From Octopus sinensis (taxonomy: Eukaryota): a stretch of 64,000 nt of DNA. The notes under the pieces are model-generated. The model saw nothing but the letters and a program-made list of their open reading frames with translations. It did no database searches and was not told the DNA's origin. This document shows positions 13,336-25,381 of the stretch, piece by piece (within the stretch, counting starts at the first letter, position 1; every line of letters starts with the position of its first letter). Location of the stretch: positions 1 through 64,000 of the forward strand of contig NW_021833430.1 in NCBI RefSeq assembly GCF_006345805.1, read 5' to 3'. Made by a program: the position numbers and the translations under genes.

Positions 13336-13450
13336 TGGAATTGCGTGGCTACAGATATATCAAAAGAATCTCGCTATCTGACCCACGAAAATGCCCATCG
13401 ATGCAAACTTGCAGATCGAATCCAAATTATAGAGCATGACATCAACAAAG
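13336..13450 (+). CDS. HEMK1: HEMK1 exon C
   Basis: ttccag / AAG|gtaaac; phase 0-1; WNCVATDISKESRYLTHENAHRCKLADRIQIIEHDINK. Confidence 0.93.
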
Positions 13451-13542
13451 GTAAACATCTTGTTTCTCAGTTTACTACTTATTACTAGTGCGACTAATAA
13501 TATGCTAATGACAGTAGTAGTAGTTGTGGTGGTGGTGGTAAC

Positions 13543-13544
<2 letters not shown>

Positions 13545-13581
<37 letters not shown>

Positions 13582-14210
13582 CTTCTTCTGTTCTCCTCTT
13601 CTTTGTCATCGTCATCCTCCTCATCCTCTTCTTCCTCCTTGTCTGCTTCGTTGTCTTCTTCCTTGTCCTCTTTGTCCTCCTCTGCTTTGTCCTTTTCTTC
13701 TTCCTCTTTGTCCTCTTCCTTCTCCTCTTTGCCCTCTTCCTTCTCTTTGTCCTCTTCCTTCTCTTTATCCTCTTCCTTCTCCTCTTTGCCCTCTTCCTTC
13801 TCTTTGTCCTCTTCCTTCTCTTTATCCTCTTCCTCCTCCTCTTTGCCCTCTTCCTTCTCTTTGCCCTCTTCCTTCTCCTCTTTGTCCTCTTCCTTTTCCT
13901 CTTTATCCTCTTCCTCCTTCTCTACTTCTTCCTCCTCCTTCCCTTATCCCTCCTCCTCTGCTTCTGCCTCTGTCTCCACCATTCCCTCTTCTTCCTCTCT
14001 CTTTCTCCTCTCCTCTTCTCCCATCCTAACCGTCTCCCCTCATCATCTCCCCTCCTCCTTACCCTCTCCCCTTTCCTTCCTCCTCATCTCTTCCTCTTTT
14101 CCATTTCTCATCTCCCTTCGTCCTTGTCCTCATCTCCCCTCTTCCTCCTCTTCTCCCCTCCTCCTTGTCCTCTGCTTCCCCTCCTCTACTCCCCTCCCTC
14201 TCTTTTTATT
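13545..14210. repeat. (ATTG)n followed by a ~630-bp polypyrimidine (TCC/TCT) tract with 18-21 bp subrepeats
   Basis: Direct reading; source of the spurious Leu/Phe and Ser-rich ORFs. Confidence 0.95.
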
Positions 14211-14679
14211 TTGACAGAAGCTAAAACAGTTACAGCATGGAAGACAGAAAATCACATGTTAACCATCCAAAAACACACACAGACACTGTTAACTTCACTT
14301 AAACTATCAATTATTTGGTGTCAAAACTTGTCACACCTATCTGCATGCAACCTGGTCACTGATACAGTTCTACCTTTACCAAAAGCTGATAGTGGATGTC
14401 ATCTCTGTCTTAAATTTTATCCTACTAGAATTTCTGATATTTTTTATTTTTTTAGCTAAAGACAACAGGTTCAAATTCAGGATTTCTAATTCATTTACTT
14501 CTGTGTCTAACTTTCATTACTAAAGGGAGCTTTTCTGGGATGTAGTGGTGGTTGAGGGGGGTTGTTTGACTTGCTAAAAATAGTATCCAATCCAATTATC
14601 CTTCTAATCACGTTTTATTGTCTTAACTAAGAAAGGTCATATTAAATAATGTAGACTGTATTGACTGTGATAAACTACC

Positions 14680-15207
<528 letters not shown>

Positions 15208-15545
15208 TATAAATATATAAAAAAAACCAGATGGTCAAAACTGGACTGCCTTTGATCATAACTCTGCTCAATAAGGGATAATCTGAGGCTGAAGAACAAC
15301 AAGAATATAGGGAAGGATTGGTCCTGAAAGAGCGGCATTTATAGGTAAAGATTTAGGTGTGTTGAAAGAAAGTTTTATAATCAAAATCATAAACACTTGG
15401 ACGTTAAAATGGCTGAAGTAACGATATTTAATTGTCTATACTTATTCTAGTTTCATTTAGTGGCCTGCTGCAGTACCGTTTTCGAATGTTTTACTTTAAC
15501 ATTTACTTCAGTAGATCGCCTCGTATTTATTTATTTATATATATA

Positions 15546-16051
15546 CTAGCAGTATCGCCTGGCGTTGCTCGGGTTTGTAAGGGAAATAACTATATAAGCA
15601 TTTTTAGAGAGTTACTTCCCTTATAAATTCGGGCTTTCTTAGCCATTTTTGTTTTGGTGTCTTCAAGCCATGAAGTCGTTGTTCTAAAAGAACGCTGGTT
15701 TCCTTCACAACGCATTACGACGTTGATTTCTTTACACTCCCTTCCCCACAGCTTCACGAGGGAGGGAAGGGGGAGAAGCAAACAGGTGCAGCTGTGGGCG
15801 TGGACGCCAACTCCGCCGCCATCGACATACGATGCATTTTATGCATTAAAATGGAATAAAAAATGATGTTAAATTATTTTTAAAATCGTAGACTCATCGT
15901 TGACGCGCGCTAATAGTCAGACGGGCTCGATATGAATCACGACTATAAGATACCCGAATTTGGTTAAACTGCACTGCAAAATGTGGGAGGAGTTAGGCAT
16001 CTAAATCGAAGGGGACAGACACTCACACAACTAGAGTTTTATATATATAGA
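15546..16051 (-). mobile_element. Non-autonomous Helitron
   Basis: Minus strand starts TC(tatatatataaa), ends cccgagcaacgccaggcgatactgCTAG, inserted between A and T without TSD; related to 55689-55985. Confidence 0.8.
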
Positions 16052-16219
16052 TTTATATATTTATTTATAGTCACGCCAAAAGACGGAAGTCATTACTTGT
16101 TAGGGGAAGCAACTGGGGCGATAAGGGGAGGCAACTTAGACATAACTGTCGCAAGATATTTTTGATGCGTTGATTTGACCACACACTCTGTGACTGCCTG
16201 CATGCCTGTCTGTCTCACT

Positions 16220-16275
<56 letters not shown>

Positions 16276-16396
16276 CTCTCTCTCTTGCTCTCTCTCTCTC
16301 TCATGCTCTCTCTCTCTCTCATGCTCTCTCTTGCTCTCACTCTCTCATGCTCTCTCTCTCTCATGCTCTCTCATGTCTCTCTCTCTCTCTCTCATG

Positions 16397-16428
<32 letters not shown>

Positions 16429-16438
16429 TCTCTCTCAT

Positions 16439-16484
<46 letters not shown>

Positions 16485-17070
16485 GCACATACATACATAC
16501 ATGTGATAAGCTTTCCACAATTTCTATCTGACTTTTTTGCTAATTTTTGGAGGGACAGAACCCACAACTTTTGCAAACCATATCGGCCTAGTTTCGATCG
16601 CCCTGTGCGGCTCTTTGGGCAATTTTTGAAAGTGTCTTAGCATCGCGCACCTTTGTTAGATTCTCACCAACTGACCCTTTTGTCACCAAATTTCTCTTGA
16701 AATACGCTGCCTTTGTTTCAATTCATTTTGTGTGGATGGATGGATTGAGGAAAGCTTTGGTGGTTAGAGGGCTTCTTTCAGTTTCCACCTACCAAATCCA
16801 CTCACAAGGCTTTGGTCGGACCGAGGCTATAGGAAAAGACACTTGCCCAAGGTGCCATGCAGTGGGACTTAACCCAGAACCATGTGGTTGGTAAGCAAGC
16901 TACTTACCACACAGCCACTCCTACTGAGCATGAACTTTTTAATTTTCGTTGCTTACTTTCGTTACTTGACTTACTATTGTTTTCTGTCTCCTTGTTTACT
17001 TTTACAAGTTTTACTGCACAGGAACATTGTATACAAAAAGTTTATTATTATTATTATTATTATTATTACG

Positions 17071-17640
17071 ACAGTGAGCAAGCAGAATCGTTATGCACCG
17101 GACGAAATATGTAGCAGTATTTCGCCTGTCACTACGTTCTGAGTTAAAATTCTGCTGAATCAACTTTGCCTTTCATCTTTTCAGGGTTGATAAATTAAGT
17201 ACCAGTTGAGTACTGGGGTCAATGTAATTGACTGCCTCTTCTCCCCAAATTTCAGGCCTTGTGCCTATAGAAGAAAGGATTATTATTATTATTACTACTA
17301 AGGCAGTGAGCTGGCAGAATCGTTTGCATGCTGGACGACATGCTTAGCAGTAATTCGCCTGTCATTACGTTCTGAGTTAAAATTCTGCCAAGGTTGACTT
17401 TACCTTTCATCCTTTTGGGGTCGATAAAATAAGTACCAGGTGAGCACTGGGGTCGATGTAATCAACTCATCCCCTCCCCCAAAACTGCTGCCCTTGTGGC
17501 AAAATTTGAAACCATTATTATTATTATTATTAAATTAAGTACCAGTTACGCACTGAGGTAGATATAATCGACTTAATCCGTTTGTCTGTCCTTGTTTGTC
17601 CTCTCTGTGTTTAGCCCCCTGTGGGCAATAAAGAAATAAA
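17071..17640 (+). mobile_element. SINE family B tandem cluster with (TTA)n linkers
   Basis: Two heads plus a partial third copy. Confidence 0.8.
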
Positions 17641-17883
17641 TTATTATTATTATTTGCTTCCACTTATACCCAAACGTAATTTAGCAGTTTTATAGACAGA
17701 GATCGATCAAATTAATACCGGACAGAAATAAATATTCGGGTAGATATGACCGGCTAAAAACGTTTGAAGGTTGTGCTCCAGCATGGCCGCAGTGCAATGC
17801 AAACTAGTAGAAGAATACAAGAATAAGCAATGTTTTGTTCCAGTTTTCCCAATCTTGTATTTCCCCATTGTTTTGTTATGCAG

Positions 17884-17986
17884 GCGCAGAGAGATTGAAG
17901 GAGTTCTCTCCCTTCGACTTCCTTGTCAGTAACCCACCTTATATCAACGATAAAGATATGAAAACTCTTTTACCAGAAGTGAAATT
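17884..17986 (+). CDS. HEMK1: HEMK1 exon D (catalytic NPPY motif)
   Basis: atgcag / TT|gtaagt; phase 1-2; (G)AERLKEFSPFDFLVSNPPYINDKDMKTLLPEVK. Confidence 0.96.
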
Positions 17987-18450
17987 GTAAGTTGACTGAT
18001 TAGTATTTTCTTCCTTAAATGTTTTTGTATTATTATTATTATTTTTTTTTTTTTTGCGCCCTTTTAAAGCCTAGCCAGGCTCATGGGCCTGGTTTCCCGG
18101 TTTAAATGGCGTATGTGTTCCCCAGCTGGACGGGAAGGCAGTCCATCGCGGCGTTACTCATTTTTGCCAGCCGAGTGAACTGGAGCAACGTGGTGGGACA
18201 GAATTCTACACTAGTAACTGCGTTGATTTTCTAGTTGATCTGAGAGTTTATCTCACATATCATTGATGTACGAGACAGAATCTCTGAAGAGAATGTCCTT
18301 AGGCATGGGTGGTCACAGTTGGATTCCATTCATCCCTTGATTGTACCCTTCCTCTTCCTCACAGCAGAGAAATATCTGAAAAGGCTTTCCAGACTGCCTC
18401 ATGTTACCGGCAGACAAAATAGAAGAAGCAGAAGAACATATGAATAAATT

Positions 18451-18833
18451 AGCTGTGTGGTAAGTAGCTTGCTTATGAACCACATGGTTCCAGGTTCAGT
18501 CCCACTGTGTGGCATCTTGGGCAAGTGTCTTCTACTATAGCCTCGGGCCGACCAAAGCCTTGTGAGTGGATTTGGTAGACGGAAACTGAAAGAAGCCCGT
18601 CGTGTATATGTATGTGTATATAAATATATATATGTATGTCTGTGTCTGTCCCCCCAACATCGCTTGACAACTGATGCAGGTGTGTTTACATCCCCATAAC
18701 TTTGTGGTTCGGCAAAAGAGACCGATAGAATAAGTACTAGGCTTCCAAAGAATAAGTCCTGGGGTCTATTTACTCGAATAAAGGCGGTGATCCAGCATGG
18801 CCACAGTCAAATGACTGAAATGAGTAAAAGAAT
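18451..18833 (+). mobile_element. SINE family A
   Basis: Full body in + orientation. Confidence 0.9.
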
Positions 18834-19429
18834 ACATAACAATTTGAGGGTGCATGGCTCAGTGGTTAGAGTGTCAGGCTCACAATCATGGAGTAGTGAG
18901 TTCGATTTCTGGACTGGGTTGCGTGTTGTGTTCTTGGGCAAGCTGCTTTATTTCACGTTGCTCCAGTTCACTCAGCCGTAGAAATGAGTCGTGATGTCAC
19001 TGGTGCCAAGCCGTATTGGCCTTTGCTTTCCCTTTGGGTAACATTGTTGGCATGGAGAAGGGAGGTTGGTATGCATGGGTAACTGCTGGTTTTCTATAAA
19101 CAACCTTTCCCAGACTTATGTCTTAGAAGGGAACTTTCTAGGTGCAATCCCATGGTCATTCATGTCCGAAGGGGGTCTTTACTCTTTATAACAATCAATT
19201 GAAGGAATTGTGTTTTGTTCTCTCACTGGCATCAGCTACCTTGAGGAAAACATCAGAGGAAACCAGCTACTTAGATGGCTTGATTGGTTTTTAGCCCCTA
19301 CATCCAGTTCTGATGATTGAGCAGCACATCAGAGGTGATTAGGATATCCTCCAGACTTTCCTCTGTGCTTTGATCTGACTGGTGCAAATTTAGAGAAATA
19401 GATAATAGGGATAATGTATTGAATCATAT

Positions 19430-19469
<40 letters not shown>

Positions 19470-20344
19470 AGAAAGGTGGGGGGATAGTTGTCAAAATCTA
19501 CCTCAAGTCGCTTCTCACTGTCTGAAAAAAAATATGCTTAGAAATAAGAAAAATTAAAATTAAAATTAAAAATACATTGGATAATTTAATCCTAGGTACA
19601 CTATTTCTACAAATAGGCAACAATAGAAGCAAAAAGGAAACAAAGAAACATGTAGGAGTTTCATGTCTGCAACATGTTTGATCAAAGGAGTTTCATGTAG
19701 GAATATGTTTGATCAAAGTATTACTAGATCAGTATTGACACCAGCAACATTAATATATGATGAAGAGAGTCATTATCATCATCATTTAGCACTCCTGTTC
19801 CATGCTGATATGGGTTGGATGATTTGATAGGGTTTGATGTGTCCAAAGACTGCATCAAGCTCCAATGTCTGCTTTAGCATGGCTTTTGTGGCTTGGATGC
19901 CCTTCCTAATGCCTACCACTTTACAGCATGAACTGGGTGCTTTTTGTTTTGTGCCACCTGTACTAACGAGGTTGTCATGCAGTTTGCAGGACTACAAACC
20001 CTGGAGTTGGCAGGTGTGTGTGAATTCGTGCTATGAGACACGGAAATTATTATGAGGGAAGGGAACAGAGCTGCTTCCCGCAGAGAGATCTGCATGGCTG
20101 ATCACGTTTAGTATGGGAAAAGTGGAGTGGAAAGAAAAAGAAAAATTGTTATCAGTAGGAGCTGCAAGATGTAGATAATGGCAATAAAGTTTCAATAAAA
20201 CTTTGTCTAACCTATGCAAGCATGGAAAAGTGGATGTTAAAATGATGATGAAGTACTTCTAGGGTTCTGTGGTCAATGTTGGCCATTCATCTACACAAGT
20301 CGTCTTGCAGGTCTGAAACAAGTAAAAGGTAAGAGATATATACA

Positions 20345-20745
20345 TCATCATCATCGTTTAACGTCTGCTTTCCATGCTAGCATGGGTTGGACGATTTGAC
20401 TGAGGGCTGGCGAACCAGATGGCTGCACCATGCTCCAATCTGATCTGAGAGAGTTTCTACTGCTGGATGCCCTTCCAAACGCCAACCACTCCGAGAGTGT
20501 AGTGGGTGCTTTTACGTGCCACCAGCACTGGCAACAACCTTGCTCAGGCGGTACTGGCAACAACCTCGCTCGAATCTTTTACACATGCCACCGGCACAGG
20601 TGCCAGTAAGGCGATGCTGGTAACGATCACGCTTGAATGGTGTCTTTTACATGCCACTGGCACGGAAGCCAGATAGCCGCTCTGGCAACAATCACGCTCA
20701 GATGGTGCTCTTAACACCCTACTAGCATGGGGCTCGAGTGCCAGT
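20345..20745 (-). mobile_element. SINE-like family D
   Basis: Closely similar to 10410-10830; other copies 22290-22510, 25888-26170, 27970-28200, 33185-33498. Confidence 0.8.
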
Positions 20746-20867
20746 TGATATTATGAAGTTCATGAAATGCAGAAATAAACATACAAGACTCCTTGATATC
20801 ATTAATTCTACAAAGAGTGCAGATATGTTCTTTTCTTTCTAATTGCACAATTATTTCCTTTTGTCAG

Positions 20868-20963
20868 TTACGAAGACCAACGAGCTCTACGTGGAGGAAA
20901 GGATGGATTGGATCTCATTAAAGCTGTTTTAAAGACAGCATGCCATCTGGTGTCTCCTTCAGG
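20868..20963 (+). CDS. HEMK1: HEMK1 exon E
   Basis: tgtcag / GG|gtcagt; phase 2-2; (F)YEDQRALRGGKDGLDLIKAVLKTACHLVSPS, matching the ExxxALxGGxDG motif. Confidence 0.95.
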
Positions 20964-21650
20964 GTCAGTATCATCTCTCTTCTTTTATCTTTTACCTGTT
21001 TCAGTCATTGGATTGCGATCATGCTGGAGCAAGTGACATCTTCTATAGTCTCAGACTGACCAATACTTTTGTGAGTGAATTTGGTAGATGGAAACATGAT
21101 GGGCTTCCACACAGTTTCCATCTACCAAATTCACTTGCAAAGCATTGGTTAGTATTATCTCTCTTCTTTTATCTTTTACTTGTTTCAGTCATTGGATTGC
21201 GATCATGCTGGAGCAAGTGACATCTTCTATTGTCTTAGACTGACCAGTACTTTTGTGAGTGAATTTGGTAGATGGAAACATGATGGGCTTCCACACAGTT
21301 TCCATCTACCAAATTCACTTGCAAAGCATTGGTTATCCTAAGGCTATAGTAGGGTTAGTATCATCTCTCTTCTTTTATCTTTTACTTGTTTCAATCATTG
21401 GATTGCGATCATGCTGGAGCAAGTGACATCTTCTATAGTCTTAGACTGACCAGTACTTTTGTGAGTGAATTTGGTAGATGGAAACATGATGGGCTTCCAC
21501 ACAGTTTCCATCTACCAAATTCACTTGCAAAGCATTGGTTATCCTAAGGCTATAGTCGATGACACTTGTCCAAGGTGGTGCACAGTGGGACTGAACCCAA
21601 AACCACATGGTTGCAAAGCAGGCTTCTTAAGCACGCAGCCATATATGCAT
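20962..21650. repeat. Tandem triplication (~185-205 bp units) of a rearranged SINE A segment starting at the exon E donor
   Basis: Units begin about 20962, 21147 and 21352 with gg(g)t(c/t)agtat(c/t)atctctcttcttttatc. Confidence 0.9.
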
Positions 21651-21790
21651 CTGTTAGGTTAAAGTTTTTGTGATTGTTTTTGGAATTTTATCTTTTGTTT
21701 GTGAAATCTGTTGCAGATTGATATTTTGAGAATTCTCATGTTCTACAGATCCTTGTTTCTCTTCTTCTATGTCTATTTAATAAATATTCT

Positions 21791-22010
21791 TATTTCTTTA
21801 TTGCCCACATAGAGGGGACAAACAAGGACAGACAAGGAGATTAAGTTGATTACATCGACCCCAGTGCGTAACTGGTATTTAATTTATCAACTCCAAAAGG
21901 ATGAAAGGCAAAGTCGACCTCAGCGAAATTTGAACTCAGAACGTAACGGCAGACGAAATACTACTAAGTATTTTGCCCTGCGTGCTAACGTCTCTGCCAG
22001 CTCGCTGCCT
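21791..22010 (-). mobile_element. SINE family B with TSD
   Basis: tatttaataaatattct on both flanks; similar single copies at 23590-23822, 28790-29017, 38977-39210 (+), 62569-62799. Confidence 0.85.
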
Positions 22011-23018
22011 TATATTTAATAAATATTCTGTTAAGCAATGTTTTGCTTTTTTTTTTTTGTATTCATTCATTAATAGTTCCTTTGACCCTATATGGAACAT
22101 AGGGCACCAGCAAGAGATTGCCATCTGTTTTGATCTTTGGCAATAGATTGCAGTTGTCCCCAGGTGTTGTCCTCTCCCAGTTCCCCAGTTTCTGTGGATC
22201 TTATCCATGTTGTTTTTTATCTGCCCTACTTCTATCTCCCTTGGGTGTCCATTGGAGGGCTTAAAAAAAGAAAAACACGATTTTTTCGTGGCTGTTGCCA
22301 GTACCGCCTGACTGGCCCTCGTGCCGGCGGCACGTAAAAGCACCCACTACACTTTCGGAGTGGTTGGCATTAGGAAGAGCATCCAGCTGTAGAAACTCTG
22401 CCAGATCAAGATTGGAGCCTGGTGCAGCCATCTGGTTTGCCAGTCCTCAGTCAAATCATCCAACCCATGCTAGCATGGAAAGCGGACGTTAAACAATGAT
22501 GATGATGATTTAACATTTACATTCCATACTGGCATCATTTGGATGGTTTGACAGGAACTGGTAAGCCAGAAGACTGCACCAAGCTCTACAATCTGCTTTG
22601 ACATATTTGACGTATTTCTTTGACATATTTTTTTGACATATTTGACATATTTCTGTGACCAGATGTCCTTCCTAATGTCAACCCCTTTACAAGGTGTACT
22701 GGGTGATTCTTTATGTGGCACCAGCACCAGTGAGGTGACCAAGTAACTTGTGAGACAAGACCCCTCAACTGATGGGGAGAATAATATTGCAGTAAGTGGT
22801 TTTATGCAAGGTGATGACTGGTTAGGGGACAGTAAAATGTGTCTTGCAGTAGACATCAGGAAAAAAGGGGGAAAAACCTTGGTCTACACCACTTATCGGA
22901 CACATAATCATTGAAAACAAAGCTGTACAATTTTGTACCTCATGCAGTTGAGTATAGAAGACAACCATGATTAACCAATTATTGCTAGAGCATTCTTTCA
23001 AGTGTTGTATTAGTTTGA

Positions 23019-23239
23019 CCCTTTCGTTACCAACCCGGCCAAAACCGCCTCTGGCTCTGTAGTACAAATGTCTTGTTTTCAGAAGTTTTGAATTAAAATC
23101 TTCCGCCAAACCTTAGTCACAATTTATGTTCCTAACACTAGCTGAATGATAACTAAGTTATTTTACTAAATTCTTTGTTATAGTTAAAGTAATTGAAAGA
23201 AACACAGAGCATCTCAAAATAAATACAGTAACAAAAGGG
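23019..23239. mobile_element. piggyBac-like MITE
   Basis: TIR CCCTTTCGTTAC / GTAACAAAAGGG, flanked by TTGA (left) and TTAA (right); related pieces at 5785-5935, 23912-24120, 31440-31520. Confidence 0.7.
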
Positions 23240-23269
23240 TTAATGTTATTAAAAATCTTTTATTTTCAG

Positions 23270-23383
23270 ATCAATTTGGCTTGAGGTTGACTGTAGCCAC
23301 ATATCAGAGCTATATAAGTGGGTTGTATCAGAGACAAAGCTCTGCTTACGGACTGTCAATATACTTCCTGACTCCTCTGGAAA
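23270..23383 (+). CDS. HEMK1: HEMK1 exon F
   Basis: tttcag / AA|gttagt; phase 2-2; (G)SIWLEVDCSHISELYKWVVSETKLCLRTVNILPDSSG. Confidence 0.93.
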
Positions 23384-24124
23384 GTTAGTAATTTTTCTAT
23401 TTTCTTAATTGTTATTTTAACCCTATCGCATTCAGATTTCTTTGTCAAATGTATTGCTTTTTTATTCACATTCTTCTGACTTAATCACATATTGTCCTAT
23501 AGCTTCAAGATTTCATTGGTGTATTTGTATATTTTTAGAATGACATTGTAGGGTAGGTGCAAGAGGCTGGATCTAGGCAGTTTAAATATATATTTCTTTA
23601 CTACCCACAAGGGGCTAAACACAGAGGGAACAAACAAGGACAGACAAACGGATTAAGTCGATTACATCGATCCCAGTGCGTAACTGGTACTTAATTTATT
23701 GACCCCGAAAGGATGAAAGGCAAAGTCGACCTCGACGGAATTTGAACTCAGAACGTAACGGCAGACGAAATACGGCTACGCATTTCGCCCGGCATGCTAA
23801 CGTTTCTGCCAGCTTGCCGCCTTTCATTTTAAATATAAAGGCAGTTTAAATATAAAACAGTCAGAATATTTGGGCTGGATATGGCTGGATTAAATACTAA
23901 AGAGTTAAGGGTTAACTCCTTTGATACCAGCCTGCCTGAGACTATCTCCAGTCCTGTGATATAAATTTCTTGTTTCAAAGAAATCTAATTTAAAACTTTC
24001 CATTAAAATTTCATGTTAATTTACATTCCAAACACCAGCTTAATTATGAGAAAGCTATTTTACAAAATGTTCCATTATTTTCAAAATTAACTGATGTAAA
24101 AGTAGTGTATTTCAACAGAAATAT

Positions 24125-24498
24125 ACTCTTTTACTCTTTTACTTGTTTCAGTCATTTGACTGTAGCCATGCTGGAGCATTGCCTTTAGTCGAGCAAATCG
24201 ACTCCAGGACTTATTCTTTGTAAACCTAGTACTTATTCTATCGGTCTCTTTTGCTGAACTGCTAAGTTATGGGGGACGTAAACACACCAGCATTGGGTGT
24301 CAAGCGATGTTGGTGGGGACAAACACAGACACACACACACATGACAGGCTTCTTTCAGTTTCCGTCTACCAAATCCACTCACAATGCTTTGGTCAGCCCA
24401 AGGCTATAGTAGAAGACACTTGCCCAAGGTGCCATGCAGTGGGAATGAACCCGGAACCATGTGGTTGGTAAGCAAGCTACTTACCACACAGCCACTCC
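24125..24498 (-). mobile_element. SINE family A
   Basis: Full-length copy in the last coding intron. Confidence 0.9.
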
Positions 24499-24777
24499 TA
24501 ACCCAGACTTCATCTTTTTAGATTCTTGTCTGATCTCTTATGAAATTTTAGAGGAAAGTAGAGCCTTTTCAGGAGCCTGAGTCATTGAAAGAAATGGCTG
24601 TAACAAAGATGGCTACTAATTTATTTGTTTAAGATTTTGTCCATCATTTACTGACCACTTATTTTAACTGATCCTTAATTATGATACAGTTTCAGATAAT
24701 TTTTTACCTTGACACTTAAACTTATTACAACAGCTGTTATGAAATTTCTCTTGTAAATTATTTTTGATTTCTTTGAG

Positions 24778-24829
24778 AGACCGTTTCTTCCATTTTATGA
24801 GGACTGAAGATGATTCAGGACCAGCTTAA
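24778..24829 (+). CDS. HEMK1: HEMK1 last coding exon
   Basis: Phase-2 join gives (K)DRFFHFMRTEDDSGPA*, completing the C-terminal DxxGxxRF motif; the acceptor is an unusual tttgag. Confidence 0.8.
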
Positions 24830-25191
24830 GCAAAACAACAGGTTTATTTCAAAACTTCCTTTATTTAATTGGCAAGACATTAAAGCATAATCAGTGATGA
24901 ATATGAATTAGTAAATCAAAAATTCAGTTTTCTTCCAGCTTGTTCTCTAGGTTAGACTCTGCAACTAAATCAAATATAGCCTATTTTCATTTAACTTCAT
25001 TATTTTATTATTATTTTTTATTTTTTGAGGAAATGGTTTATATTCAAATAGATTTTCTACCTGAAGCAGAAGTACAACCTGCTTAATACTCGAGATGAGC
25101 TAAATATAAAGAGTTATGTACCTTGTCCAGTGTTACATCACAATAGCTTACATATAAGGTTTGGCCTCAACTATTATACTACAATACATAG

Positions 25192-25381
25192 TTAATTAGT
25201 TAGTTAATTTTTGGCTCAAAAAGCAAAAAGCAAGGCCATGTAGGGGGACATGGAGTTATGTACAGGGTGGTGTTCATGTAAAGAGTTCAAGCCACTTGTG
25301 GTCAAGGGAGACTTTGAACCGAGCGGTCGTCAGCATCTTCACCATCTCGTCCGGCAGCTTATTCCACGGATCCGCAACCCG
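25192..25381 (-). mobile_element. CR1-like LINE 3' end
   Basis: Minus strand RVADPWNKLPDEMVKMLTTARFKVSLDHKWLELFT* followed by short UTR and (taac)n tail. Confidence 0.75.

Noticed and set aside
13572-14459. 295-aa hydrophobic and 212-aa Ser-rich ORFs
   Set aside because: Translation of an intronic polypyrimidine repeat.
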